DNA of 64,000 nt from a virus: the IMG/VR virus record IMGVR_UViG_3300045988_105372, positions 51,462-115,461 of that record, one strand, 5' to 3'. How positions within the stretch are numbered: position 1 is the stretch's first letter; the number at the start of each line of letters is the position of its first letter. The position numbers and the translations under genes are program-made. Positions 39,117-48,478 of this stretch are shown here, piece by piece. The notes under the pieces are model-generated. The model was not told the origin of the DNA, searched no databases, and saw only the letters and a list, made by a program, of their open reading frames with translations.

Positions 39117-39380
39117 TTACTCAACTATAACTTTCCAATCTTCTGCTAAGATATCACACTGAGTTGGAGTATAGAATCCAACATCACCATCTTTGCAGCG
39201 AATAGCAATGTATTCCTTATACAGAACTTTTCCATCTTTATCAGCAATAGAGTTTTCTATACCTGTCCTAGCTGGATAGTTTGCCGATGGAACATAATAA
39301 AGAAATTTATCTCCACTCCAACATTCACGTCTTACTTTCTTGCCATTTTTAATGGCTTCAATCATTTCTTGTATTTTCAT
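39117..39380 (-). CDS. hypothetical protein (87 aa)
   Basis: ORF track. Confidence 0.4.
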   Translation of the reverse strand: MKIQEMIEAIKNGKKVRRECWSGDKFLYYVPSANYPARTGIENSIADKDGKVLYKEYIAIRCKDGDVGFYTPTQCDILAEDWKVIVE

Positions 39381-39569
39381 ATTATTTATATATTACTCTG
39401 TTACTTTCTCATAAGTCTTATCAAAAATATCAGGCTTATAAGGATAGAACTCTCCGTTTATACCTTTGATGATGTAATCACCAATATTAGCTTTCATATT
39501 ACCTTCTAATGTGGGAATATAAAACCCATTTTTATCTTTAACATCATCAATGGTTATTACTATTTATGT

Positions 39570-39712
39570 ATGAGAGTATTAAACATTTATTTGATTTGGA
39601 CACTCTTCTGTTTCATCAGGAACAGAAATTTCGTCCCACATATCACACTTACCTTCATCATTGTAGATACACGGTCTGTGACAGATTCCTCTAATATCTT
39701 CTCTTAGCATAT
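39570..39712 (-). CDS. small Cys-rich protein (~47 aa, MLREDIRGICHRPCIYNDEGKCDMWDE...)
   Basis: manual translation; below track cutoff; coordinates approximate. Confidence 0.3.
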
Positions 39713-39717
39713 GTACA

Positions 39718-39897
39718 TTATACTTTTTTATTATTCATTATATAAGCCAGATCGTGTACTTTGTGGTACATTTGACAAACATCTTCAAGACTTCTTGTGT
39801 CCAAATCATAGTACATCCTTCCGTAACTTTCAGTTATTACTACAACCTGTCTGTCACGGAGGATTCGCCATATCATTCTCAATTTATGTTTCATATG
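39718..39897 (-). CDS. small hypothetical protein (~59 aa, MKHKLRMIWRILRDRQVVVITESYGRMYYDLDTRS...)
   Basis: manual translation; coordinates approximate. Confidence 0.3.
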   Translation of the reverse strand, partial: HMKHKLRMIWRILRDRQVVVITESYGRMYYDLDTRSLEDVCQMYHKVHDLAYIMNNKKV

Positions 39898-39899
39898 CT

Positions 39900-40130
39900 T
39901 TACTTTTTATGATGATTATACTTTTTGATAGCATCCTTCTTAGAAGCTGCCATGATTTTAATTCCCTTAATAGTAAACTCATGTTGCTCCTTTGGCTGAC
40001 ACTTTTGTTTATTAGAAGAAATGTTGCCTTTAGGAATAGCTAATGGTGTATTTCCAAAGCATGCAGGGAAATCGCCTATCAGATAGTCCAATTCAGCTTG
40101 CATGCCAATCATTGATAATAATCCACTCAT
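39900..40130 (-). CDS. hypothetical protein (76 aa)
   Basis: ORF track. Confidence 0.35.
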   Translation of the reverse strand: MSGLLSMIGMQAELDYLIGDFPACFGNTPLAIPKGNISSNKQKCQPKEQHEFTIKGIKIMAASKKDAIKKYNHHKK

Positions 40131-40365
40131 ATTTTTACTCCTTAATTTCTTTAAAGATTATATTCTTTTGGTCTGAACGTTCCTTAGTACTACAAGAATA
40201 GTGTTTCTTCATTCTTTACAGCCATTTACGATGTTTCTTTTCCCATTCATCTAAAGAAAGAGCTTCATCTATCTTGCCTAATAATCTCATGTGTTGATAG
40301 TAACTATTATAAGAATCAATTTTTGCTTTATATATATCTCCAATTTTTCTTCTCATTACCATACG

Positions 40366-40788
40366 CTATTTCTTTTTATCAAATCTATTATTAATAATAT
40401 CTTTTGGTAGTATGTCAGATAAATAAGCCCACTTAATGATTTGGCATCTACTAATTGAATGTCTCCAAGATTCTTTATTCCAAAGAATGGATTCTTTAAA
40501 TTGTAGATAAGTATTGTTATCAAAACCAAGGGTAATAATATCGCTCTTACTCTTATCTGGTTCTTCTGTATTTGGATGCCACAAGTCCTTCAAGAATTCA
40601 TTAATAGCCCACTTAGCACCCTCCATAAAAGCATCTTTATAACAAGCTTGAAAATAATCCGAAATATATGATTCTTCTGAATGTTGCTTAGCAGCATCTT
40701 CTATTTTCTTATCGTCCATCATATTTTTAAGTTTTATAGTGACCTCCACGACCAGTATTGTTCTGGGGCTAAGAAGGTATATGGGCAT
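40366..40788 (-). CDS. hypothetical protein (140 aa)
   Basis: ORF track. Confidence 0.45.
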   Translation of the reverse strand: MPIYLLSPRTILVVEVTIKLKNMMDDKKIEDAAKQHSEESYISDYFQACYKDAFMEGAKWAINEFLKDLWHPNTEEPDKSKSDIITLGFDNNTYLQFKESILWNKESWRHSISRCQIIKWAYLSDILPKDIINNRFDKKK

Positions 40789-40833
40789 AAAGCCTTAACT
40801 TACTTTCGCTCATTCTGTGTCGTGGAGGTTGTA

Positions 40834-41544
40834 CTATTCAGGATTATTTCTTGTGCCTAGAAGATGTTCATTACCTTCGTAAGGAATACAATATTTACGA
40901 CTAAATCCGATACACCGAAAAGGATATTGTGATTCTTCTCTATAATGAGAAAAGAGGTCAGCTTCCCATACATCATCTTTCTCATTTCGTCCCAATACTT
41001 TATCGAATGTCTTAAACTCACACTTAGGCTTTTCAATCTCCAAAGTTTCAAGATTGAGCTTGCCATCCAAACGCTTCTCTATGGTGTTAATGTAGGTCTG
41101 AGCAATATCCTTATCTTCAAGGGAATATCTTTCAGTTGTGCATAAGAATTCTTCGTAATATACGATTTTATTCTTATCTTCACTGTTAAGGTAATGCTTA
41201 CAATAAAAACTTGTATAAGTATCATCGTACCATTTGTCAAAGATAACCTCTGTGCCACCATCATTACTTATCAGTACATCACCTTTTTCCCATTGGAACT
41301 TAGACCAATCACGCATTTCCTTAGATGGGAAGATAATACATTCTCCGCCATCATACATATTACCAAATTTAATTAAGGTACATTCTCCAGATTGTGTTAA
41401 ACCAAATTTTGAAGTACAGAAGTTTATTTTAAAAATTTCATCTGTTACTGCTTCAGAACTACATTTACCGTGAATCATAGAATACAATTTAGTACCCCTT
41501 GGTTTATTCTTCAAGATTTCTGCTATATTAAGTTTCTGTTCCAT
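40834..41544 (-). CDS. hypothetical protein (236 aa)
   Basis: ORF track. Confidence 0.5.
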   Translation of the reverse strand: MEQKLNIAEILKNKPRGTKLYSMIHGKCSSEAVTDEIFKINFCTSKFGLTQSGECTLIKFGNMYDGGECIIFPSKEMRDWSKFQWEKGDVLISNDGGTEVIFDKWYDDTYTSFYCKHYLNSEDKNKIVYYEEFLCTTERYSLEDKDIAQTYINTIEKRLDGKLNLETLEIEKPKCEFKTFDKVLGRNEKDDVWEADLFSHYREESQYPFRCIGFSRKYCIPYEGNEHLLGTRNNPE

Positions 41545-41703
41545 AATCTACTTAATTTTAATAAAACATATTGTATATTATATCTTCATATTTAAGTTTA
41601 TCTATTACTTTATTCAAGTAATCGATAGCCACTTTACAATCAGGTCTAAATTTTTTTATCTCAGAAACTAGTTGCTCTAAATCTGATAATCTAGTATTCA
41701 TAA

Positions 41704-42102
41704 TTAACTATTAACACTAGTTACAATAGAGTTTAAAACTTTATTCCAATTAGATTCTGGTCTTTCTTCAAAATCTAGATCTTGAAAATCCTTCATTACA
41801 GCAAGATAAGCATCTTTAAATTGGTGAGGAGTAATCTTTTCCCAATCTTCAATATCATATATATAAGAATAGTCTCTAGTGATACAATCCTTATCTAAAC
41901 ATATATAATATATGTAATTATCTTTTATCGAAACAATTTTTATTAAATCATTCCATTTTGTATTTAAGTAACAATCACCAACAGTAAACTTAGAAATTGC
42001 ATTTCTCTTTTCTAGTGCTTTAATTTTACTATAAAGATTATTACTTTCTTCTTGTAATTTCTTATATGTATTTTTTAGTTCTTCTAATGTTTCCATAATC
42101 AA
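41704..42102 (-). CDS. hypothetical protein (132 aa)
   Basis: ORF track. Confidence 0.45.
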   Translation of the reverse strand: MIMETLEELKNTYKKLQEESNNLYSKIKALEKRNAISKFTVGDCYLNTKWNDLIKIVSIKDNYIYYICLDKDCITRDYSYIYDIEDWEKITPHQFKDAYLAVMKDFQDLDFEERPESNWNKVLNSIVTSVNS

Positions 42103-42716
42103 TTTTTATAAATGGCATCAAGAATATCTCTAAAATTAGGATTATCTATTACTGCTTGAGCATCTTTTTTATTTTTAAAATAGATGTTATTAGAAATAGT
42201 CGCCCAATAATAATCTACTTTATAGATATCGCCCTTATATATAATAAAATATTTATATTCATTTTTATCACTCCAGTTTGGCTTCCAATCCCCATTATAA
42301 TATTTAGCAATATTCATTAGTCTACTTAAAGCAACTAACTTAGAGGCATTGCTTTCATTGATAATTATACTCTTACAATTCTTGCCTAGCTTTAAGGTAT
42401 CTTCAACATCTTCATAAGTAATAGTACTCTGCTTAAATCTAACTATACCTTTAGCTAAATCACTATTTTCTAAATCTATCTTCATTCCTTCAGGAATATC
42501 AATAGTTAATTGATTATTCTTTATTTCCATATTATTTATTTCTTTAAATATTATACCAGTTTTATCAGTTCTGCTAACATCAGTACAAAGACCTAAAGAT
42601 TCCCTAATTGAGAAACAATGATCATGCAAAATACAACAATCATCACATGTAATACCCTTTACTACTTGATAGGTTTTACCATCACAAGTAAATATTTCAC
42701 CTAATTTTCTTTCCAT
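42099..42716 (-). CDS. hypothetical Cys-rich protein (205 aa)
   Basis: ORF track. Confidence 0.45.
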   Translation of the reverse strand: MERKLGEIFTCDGKTYQVVKGITCDDCCILHDHCFSIRESLGLCTDVSRTDKTGIIFKEINNMEIKNNQLTIDIPEGMKIDLENSDLAKGIVRFKQSTITYEDVEDTLKLGKNCKSIIINESNASKLVALSRLMNIAKYYNGDWKPNWSDKNEYKYFIIYKGDIYKVDYYWATISNNIYFKNKKDAQAVIDNPNFRDILDAIYKN

Positions 42717-42736
42717 AATTCTTTTGTATTATATGC

Positions 42737-43084
42737 TTAACTTTTAAAATGTTTAACTATATAATCTAGAGCTTTGTCATACTCTTCTCTAGTGCACTCT
42801 CTACAATATGCATTACTGAAGGCTCTATAATAAGGATAAACTTCCATGGTAGCATACAGCTCAGATGTATTAACTTCATACACAAATATAACATCTTCTT
42901 TAATATCATAGACTTTACAGTATAAACCATTATTATCAGTATAATAGCCCTTCTTGATATTCTTTAATACTATTTTATCTCTTAGCTCATTAATCTTATT
43001 TACTAAAGCTGTATCTTGCGCACTTAATAGAGTTCGTTGCTTTTGCAATTCTCTAATTTGATTAAAAATTTCTTGATTGTCCAT
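42737..43084 (-). CDS. hypothetical protein (115 aa)
   Basis: ORF track. Confidence 0.45.
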   Translation of the reverse strand: MDNQEIFNQIRELQKQRTLLSAQDTALVNKINELRDKIVLKNIKKGYYTDNNGLYCKVYDIKEDVIFVYEVNTSELYATMEVYPYYRAFSNAYCRECTREEYDKALDYIVKHFKS

Positions 43085-43104
43085 AATTTATTTGTTAATG
43101 TATT

Positions 43105-43147
43105 AAATATAAAAAGGAGTATACTAACTAAAAGTTAATATACTCCT
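43105..43147 (-). terminator. rho-independent terminator (9-bp stem AGGAGTATA/TATACTCCT + UUUUUAUAUUU)
   Basis: hairpin 43115-43147; A-run on plus 43105-43115. Confidence 0.5.
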
Positions 43148-43462
43148 ATGAAACCTGGCATTTCAGTCTATCAAAGACTTTGGAGAAGTAATACGAATCG
43201 AACGTACTTCGACTACTTAGATAATAATCATGTTTCGCCTTATCACCTGTCCTACATACTCCGGATTATGTAGGTAACTTCTCTTTTCCCTAATTAGGTA
43301 CAACGATTGAAACTTCGCAGTGGGGGGATTTACGAATCTAACGTACTTTGAAACTTTCGTTTACAAATTCCTGGGGGTTACTAGAATTACCCATTCATTG
43401 TTTCCGTTTCTTATCAATCTGCCCTATAATATTCGCGACTATATAGGTATCCCCCAAATTGG

Positions 43463-43858
43463 TTATTCTTCTAATAATCCTAAATATTTAATATCAGTAC
43501 TAACTACTTCTCTATATGCATAGTTGATATATACAGTAGCACCTACTGGAATTTCAAATATTCCTATTTCAGCACAATACATTCTACCCTTAGCCATTTC
43601 TTCAGTTAAGTATGAATGATAACCTTCATGTATATAAAAACGATCATAATTCCAAAGTTCTCCCACACATCCCATAACAGATCTACACCTTTCAAATTTA
43701 GGTCCTATCTTTACTGTAGGCATAGTCTGAGATTTATAGTATCTAAAATTTTGATATAAACTTATAAAGATACCTAAAGTTTTTGCCGTGCCTACTTTAT
43801 AAACTTTCAAAGGCTTCTTCAATACAATTGGAGTTGCCATATAATTTGACCAACACAT
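43463..43858 (-). CDS. MCW-family paralog (131 aa)
   Basis: N-terminal MCW, VYKVG, GYHSY motifs shared with 3 other genes. Confidence 0.5.
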   Translation of the reverse strand: MCWSNYMATPIVLKKPLKVYKVGTAKTLGIFISLYQNFRYYKSQTMPTVKIGPKFERCRSVMGCVGELWNYDRFYIHEGYHSYLTEEMAKGRMYCAEIGIFEIPVGATVYINYAYREVVSTDIKYLGLLEE

Positions 43859-43884
43859 AATTTAATTATTAAATTGTTTTACTA

Positions 43885-44103
43885 TTATTTAAATAATTCT
43901 ATAATTCTCCAATAGATGATTGTATGATAAATACTATATTGTAATATCCAAAATAACAATAGAAGTGTACTATACGTCCCTATTCCAAAACTATAAAATA
44001 TTCGTTTATCTGAATAACTGGAACTAGTATACATTCCCATAAATATAGCAATATAAAGTATTATCATAAATATAGCCATTATTAATTGAATAAACCAAGG
44101 CAT
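43885..44103 (-). CDS. small membrane protein (72 aa)
   Basis: ORF track; hydrophobic. Confidence 0.35.
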   Translation of the reverse strand: MPWFIQLIMAIFMIILYIAIFMGMYTSSSYSDKRIFYSFGIGTYSTLLLLFWILQYSIYHTIIYWRIIELFK

Positions 44104-44105
44104 AA

Positions 44106-44327
44106 TTATTTATATGTATTGGCATCCAAATCAATAGCTGTCATTCCTTCTTTAAATTTAGAATAAATAACTATCTTATGAGGTTTCTTTTTAGAATCAT
44201 ACATTATTTCTAATGTTTTATTCTCATAAGCCCAGCTTCTCTTACCTGTCCACGTGTCAGGATAATTATAACTATTAACTAAAGTAACAATTAATAATAA
44301 TCCTATAATTAATAATGCTTTTTTCAT
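44106..44327 (-). CDS. small secreted protein (73 aa, signal peptide)
   Basis: MKKALLIIGLLLIVTLVNS signal peptide. Confidence 0.4.
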   Translation of the reverse strand: MKKALLIIGLLLIVTLVNSYNYPDTWTGKRSWAYENKTLEIMYDSKKKPHKIVIYSKFKEGMTAIDLDANTYK

Positions 44328-44761
44328 AATTTTATATATTTACCTGTGTAAATAATGTTAGAAGAAACTAATTCTTCACCACAATTTTCATAATATGTAG
44401 AACCTTTAGGTATAATAAAAGTTGCCACGTAATACCTATTACGCATATTTATACATCCTCTAGTATTACCCAATAAAATTGTCCTAGAAGCAATCCCTAT
44501 CTCATTAAAAGGTAAAGATATACTTTTATAAGAATGATAACCTGAGTAAATTATTCCTAAATTAGAAGGTAATAATTGGGGTAATTTTACCCCATCTACT
44601 ATAGGAACTAACGTAGTTACTCTATTTAATCCTTTTGGACAATACATATAACTTTGGTATAAACTTAAAAACTCTTTAGTAGTTTCAATTATATATCCAA
44701 GTTTATATACTACAATATCTCTTTCTGCTATTCTAGCAGGACCTGTACCTGTCCAACACAT
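44324..44761 (-). CDS. MCW-family paralog (145 aa)
   Basis: MCW..VYKLG..GYHSY..FIIPKGSTYY. Confidence 0.5.
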   Translation of the reverse strand: MCWTGTGPARIAERDIVVYKLGYIIETTKEFLSLYQSYMYCPKGLNRVTTLVPIVDGVKLPQLLPSNLGIIYSGYHSYKSISLPFNEIGIASRTILLGNTRGCINMRNRYYVATFIIPKGSTYYENCGEELVSSNIIYTGKYIKL

Positions 44762-44764
44762 AAT

Positions 44765-45208
44765 TTATAATTTTAAATATTTACCAGTATAAATGATTTT
44801 ATCAGACACAATTTCCCCACAATTATTAATAGTATAGACAGCACCTTTAGGAATTATAAAAGTTGCTATATAACTATCATTTTCAAAAGGTATAAACATT
44901 CTTCTATTTCCAAATATCATACGTTTGCATCTATATACTCCCTTGACTTTGTGAAAAGCAGAATTACATACAAATTGTACTCCAGTATAACTATGATAAG
45001 CTTTTTCTATCTTAATCGTCCCATATCTTCTAGCTATCTCATTACATTCAAGGGTTGGTATTTTATATAATATATTTGCAGTATAATTAAAGTTTTTAAC
45101 GATAGATACACATGATTGCTTATTAGCCAATGTAACTAGTTTATAAACTTCAATATCTTTATCTGCAACTTGATATTTTACATTTCTTAAAATTTCTATC
45201 CAACACAT
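44765..45208 (-). CDS. MCW-family paralog (147 aa)
   Basis: MCW..VYKLV..AYHSY..FIIPKGAVYT. Confidence 0.5.
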   Translation of the reverse strand: MCWIEILRNVKYQVADKDIEVYKLVTLANKQSCVSIVKNFNYTANILYKIPTLECNEIARRYGTIKIEKAYHSYTGVQFVCNSAFHKVKGVYRCKRMIFGNRRMFIPFENDSYIATFIIPKGAVYTINNCGEIVSDKIIYTGKYLKL

Positions 45209-45210
45209 AA

Positions 45211-45420
45211 TTATTTAATTAATTTATAATCACCAACTTCAAATCCTTCTTCAATAGAACTTAAAGTCCAATCCTCATCCCAGTTATCTACATCATAAGG
45301 ACATATTAATTCAATTTTAGCATAATTAGATGCTCTATCTAATTCCAAAATTTTATAATATAAATAACTCACTTTAGTGAAATTAAATACATCACCCACT
45401 TTTAACTTTATTTTTTCCAT
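45211..45420 (-). CDS. hypothetical protein (69 aa)
   Basis: ORF track. Confidence 0.35.
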   Translation of the reverse strand: MEKIKLKVGDVFNFTKVSYLYYKILELDRASNYAKIELICPYDVDNWDEDWTLSSIEEGFEVGDYKLIK

Positions 45421-45441
45421 ATGTTAATGTGTTATTTAATT

Positions 45442-45483
45442 AAACAAAAAAAGAGCCTAACTAGATTAACTAATTAGACTCTT
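45442..45483 (-). terminator. rho-independent terminator closing the tRNA array (AAGAGCCTAA...TTAGACTCTT + U7)
   Basis: 10-bp stem (1 mismatch), A-run 45442-45451 on plus. Confidence 0.45.
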
Positions 45484-45513
45484 TAAAATAGAATAATATA
45501 ATAAAAGAAATAG

Positions 45514-45589
45514 TGCTCAGAGTGGGGCTTGAACCCACATGTGACCATTACCGTTTCTACTGTGTATAAGACAGAGCGGATATCCGAGC
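45514..45589 (-). tRNA. non-canonical tRNA-like gene (76 nt): good acceptor GCTCGGA/TCTGAGC and T-arm GTGGG-TTCAAGC-CCCAC, but no normal D-arm; internal hairpin CTGT-CTTATAC-ACAG (possible UAU anticodon)
   Basis: manual folding. Confidence 0.3.
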
Positions 45590-45598
45590 ATTTAAAAG

Positions 45599-45668
45599 AT
45601 GTGTCTGAGGGTCGTTAATCCTCTCCTTTCTCAGTCAAGAGAACGTTGCAACTTGCCACTAAGACACA
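45599..45668 (-). tRNA. non-canonical tRNA-like element adjacent to previous (acceptor TGTGTCT/AGACACA, 6-nt anticodon-like loop, atypical T-loop)
   Basis: manual folding; weak. Confidence 0.2.
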
Positions 45669-45797
45669 CTGTTTTTGAGTTTTTGTAAGTCCTCCGACTT
45701 ATTAAAGTTTTCGCACAATTTTGATAAGAGCTCTACTTTCACAAGCAAAACTCTTTTATTTTTAACAACTTATAAATTAAAATAATGATAGAAAAAG

Positions 45798-45869
45798 GAA
45801 ATGCGGACAGATTTGAACTGCCAATCTTCTACTCTACGATAGACGCTCTAGCTATTGAGCTACGCATTT
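45798..45869 (-). tRNA. tRNA-like gene with 4-bp anticodon stem and 8-nt loop UCGUAGAG (canonical acceptor AAATGCG/CGCATTT, D-arm GCTC/GAGC, T-arm GGCAG-TTCAAAT-CTGTC)
   Basis: manual folding. Confidence 0.4.
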
Positions 45870-45896
45870 CTATATATACTAGTATTGCTATATAGC

Positions 45897-45937
45897 CTTA
45901 TTTAAAAACTCATACTACTTTCGCAAGCAGTATGAGT
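45897..45937 (-). terminator. hairpin (9-bp stem ACTCATACT/AGTATGAGT, loop ACTTTCGCAAGC) followed by U-run in minus sense
   Basis: perfect 9-bp inverted repeat; loop shares TACTTTCRCAAGCA with hairpin at 45740-45770. Confidence 0.4.
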
Positions 45938-46013
45938 TAATGTGTAAGTCATTTTATTGACTTATCAACTCAACTACAAGAAATTCATCAATTTTCACAA
46001 ATTAATAATTAAT

Positions 46014-46093
46014 ATGTCGCTTAGACGGGATTCGAACCCGTAAGACCATTCCTGGTCAAGGGATTTTCCTACTACACTTGCTTTTATACAAGC
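46014..46093 (-). tRNA. tRNA-like gene with canonical T-arm ACGGG-TTCGAAT-CCCGT but aberrant D/anticodon region (loop TTGACCA)
   Basis: manual folding. Confidence 0.3.
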
Positions 46094-46096
46094 TAA

Positions 46097-46201
46097 CTTA
46101 AATAAAGGGATTCGAACCCTTAATCCTCAAGAGATATTTAATGACGACTTTAGAGGCGCTTCCGTCAATCTGCTGCCGTATACCAATTCCGCCATATTTA
46201 A
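46097..46201 (-). tRNA. 105-nt tRNA-like gene (acceptor TTAAATA/TATTTAA, T-arm AAGGG-TTCGAAT-CCCTT) with ~30 extra nt in the body (contains CUCUAAAG)
   Basis: manual folding. Confidence 0.3.
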
Positions 46202-46694
46202 GTTATTGTAGTCTGGACTATTTTATTACCTTATCAATTAACTTCGAAGTAAGGAATTAGGTTTTACCTCTCTCAATGAGCGTCTCCTTTTTTACATAAT
46301 GCATTATTATTATAACCTTATTACTAAGGATGAAGTCTAAACCATTCCTTTTAATTAACTTAGGTATCTCCTCTATAGTCTCTACACATTTATGCTGTAA
46401 CACTCCAATTTACATTTAAGATAGATTAGCGTTCTATCACAATTTAGCTCGTCACCACCAAAACCTATGTTACCATAAGTGAGGCTTCTGTCGCAAGTTA
46501 ATTAGATTTCTGAATACTGCTTCTATAATCATTACTCTGCTTCTTACACAGATGCTAACCTTTTTACAATTAGTAATTAACTTGTTTAATTAGGGAGATT
46601 CTACTTCTATTATTTCTAATAGAGCACTCAAATTCACCATTACTGGTGTTCCAAAAGTCCCTCGTGTATCCCAGTTTCACCACTAAGCGATAAA

Positions 46695-46726
46695 GCAACT
46701 AATTATCTGCTAGTTGCCAACAATAT
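46695..46726 (-). repeat. 32-nt repeat GCAACTAATTATCTGCTAGTTGCCAACAATAT (hairpin GCAACTA/TAGTTGC); second copy at 49157-49188
   Basis: identical by eye in both copies; precedes tRNA-Arg at 49 kb and a degenerate tRNA-Gln-like remnant here. Confidence 0.7.
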
Positions 46727-46757
46727 TTATTTTATAAATCCTATAACTATTATGGTA

Positions 46758-47117
46758 TTACAGTTGTTTTAACATATTTGTAGCTACATATAATGAAATA
46801 TCCACAGTTGTATGAATATCATCATTTAATTTTAAGATATATGTATTATTTTCATCATTCTTTCTAGTTATCTCAGATATGTATTTATGATTTATTAAAA
46901 ATCCTTGTGTTGCAAGAATAAAATTAATACATAAAACACGTGAAATATTTTTTAATGAACAACACACAATAATACTATTGCCATGAACATCTATTATAGT
47001 ACTATATTTACCAGATGTTTTTATACATACAATGTCATTTATGTTTATTTGTCTGTACTCTCGTCCCTTAAACACTAAAAATGTATCAGAGTCAATCTGT
47101 ATTGTTTTTATTTCCAT
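46758..47117 (-). CDS. hypothetical protein (119 aa)
   Basis: ORF track. Confidence 0.45.
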   Translation of the reverse strand: MEIKTIQIDSDTFLVFKGREYRQININDIVCIKTSGKYSTIIDVHGNSIIVCCSLKNISRVLCINFILATQGFLINHKYISEITRKNDENNTYILKLNDDIHTTVDISLYVATNMLKQL

Positions 47118-47122
47118 ATCTC

Positions 47123-47512
47123 TTAACCCATAATAAAACGAGCATCTACAATATTTTCAGGATGATGAATAGTTTTAGTTAATCCTATCATCGCCCATTT
47201 CACAATATCAGAATGTTTAACTCCACTTTTAAGTTCATGGTAAAACATTAAATCATAAGCTTCTCCACTTTTAAAAGTTACTTTGATTTTAAATGTAGGC
47301 TTTTCATCATTTCTAATAAGTTCGTCCATTTCTTCATCAGTTACCATGTAACTGAACAGAGGATTAGAAAGATGTTCTTTTTTGTACCTCTTTTCAAGTT
47401 CAGCTAAATTTAACTTTGCACACTTGAGTACATGTTTACAACCAAATTTCTTAGCACTTTCTATTTGTGCTATTAAATTGGTTTTACTAATAAAATAATC
47501 TTGTCTTGTCAT
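47123..47512 (-). CDS. hypothetical protein (129 aa)
   Basis: ORF track. Confidence 0.45.
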   Translation of the reverse strand: MTRQDYFISKTNLIAQIESAKKFGCKHVLKCAKLNLAELEKRYKKEHLSNPLFSYMVTDEEMDELIRNDEKPTFKIKVTFKSGEAYDLMFYHELKSGVKHSDIVKWAMIGLTKTIHHPENIVDARFIMG

Positions 47513-47703
47513 AATTTATCTATAATTAATGTGTTAATAATCTATTTAAATAATAGGCGATTTTCACTGGTTATATTTAAACTATTCCATTGTCCTCAGC
47601 TATCTAACGTTCTTTCTCTTTTTAACCCAAATGATTAATTTTAAGGTAATTACGCTATTTAATAGAGTCGCTGAGAGTTGTTTAGTACCTATTTATTAAT
47701 TAG

Positions 47704-47776
47704 TAGAGGATGACAGAGTTGAACTGCCTATTAGGGAGTCAAAGTCCCTCGTGTGAAACCGTTACACTAATCCTCC
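47704..47776 (-). tRNA. tRNA-Gln(UUG)
   Basis: acceptor GGAGGAT/ATCCTCT, anticodon arm AGGGA-CTTTGAC-TCCCT, T-arm GGCAG-TTCAACT-CTGTC. Confidence 0.65.
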
Positions 47777-47826
47777 GAATAAAATACTATTCTCACGAAC
47801 CATATTTTATATTACAAGTATGAATA

Positions 47827-47917
47827 AAGCGGAGAAAGAAGGATTCGAACCTTCGAGCCATGTAATATGACTAACACCTTAGCAGGGTGCCACTTTCGAC
47901 CACTCAGTCATTTCTCC
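47827..47917 (-). tRNA. tRNA-Ser(GCU), type II with long variable arm
   Basis: acceptor GGAGAAA/TTTCTCC, anticodon arm GCACC-CTGCTAA-GGTGT, variable arm ~18 nt, T-arm GAAGG-TTCGAAT-CCTTC. Confidence 0.7.
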
Positions 47918-47922
47918 AATAA

Positions 47923-47950
47923 AGCTTCCTATCTTCACAGACAAGAAGCC
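47923..47950 (-). promoter_or_regulatory. hairpin with conserved loop CTATCTTCACAGAC (family 1) immediately 5' of tRNA-Ser
   Basis: stem GCTTC/GAAGC; loop identical to 48115-48128. Confidence 0.5.
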
Positions 47951-48029
47951 TAACAACTCTTTAACGTTATAAAGTCCGCTGACTTTATATTTTAAACATT
48001 AATCGTATTAGTTTTTTAAATATGGAAGA

Positions 48030-48103
48030 GTAGCACTAGCGATGCTCGAAATCGCCTTTGGATCTTGAAAGAATCCCGTCCTAACCAGCTAGACGATAGT
48101 GCC
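48030..48103 (-). tRNA. tRNA-Glu(UUC)
   Basis: anticodon arm GGATT-CTTTCAA-GATCC, T-arm GCGAT-TTCGAGC-ATCGC, acceptor GGCACTA/TAGTGCT. Confidence 0.65.
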
Positions 48104-48108
48104 AAGTA

Positions 48109-48136
48109 GATTCTCTATCTTCACAGACTGAGAATC
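48109..48136 (-). promoter_or_regulatory. hairpin with conserved loop CTATCTTCACAGAC (family 1) immediately 5' of tRNA-Glu; different stem (GATTCTC/GAGAATC)
   Basis: loop identical to 47929-47942; stems not homologous but complementary. Confidence 0.5.
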
Positions 48137-48178
48137 TCGTGTATTACAAATGAATACTTTTAATAAATTAAAAATTAA

Positions 48179-48252
48179 TGGTGCTCCCTGACAGTACTGA
48201 CCTGTCTTCCCGAAATTAAAAGTTTCGTGCTTCACCTTAAAGCTTAGAGAGC
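48179..48252 (-). tRNA. tRNA-Lys(UUU), CCA encoded, atypical T-loop GUCAGUA
   Basis: acceptor GCTCTCT/AGGGAGC-A-CCA, D-arm GCTT/AAGC, anticodon arm CGAAA-CTTTTAA-TTTCG. Confidence 0.55.
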
Positions 48253-48296
48253 TAATTTATAATCTTATTTTGCATAGAATTTTATTCTTGTATATA

Positions 48297-48371
48297 GTGG
48301 AGATACGTGGAATCGAACCACAATCTCGGGATTTTCAGTCCCGCGCTCTGACCTTCTGAGCTATATCTCCA
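48297..48371 (-). tRNA. tRNA-Phe(GAA)
   Basis: acceptor GGAGATA/TATCTCC, D-arm GCTC/GAGC, anticodon arm CGGGA-CTGAAAA-TCCCG, T-arm TGTGG-TTCGATT-CCACG. Confidence 0.75.
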
Positions 48372-48478
48372 TAGCCCACATTTCTATAAAGGAGAATAGT
48401 GGTAACACCTACCTATACTAATAAATTTATTAGTCAGGATTTATCCAAACACACTAACAATATATCAAATTAAATTTG

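Noticed and set aside
40857-41264. ORFs 40857..41066(-) and 41079..41264(-) inside 40834..41544
   Set aside because: Alternative frames of a longer same-strand gene.
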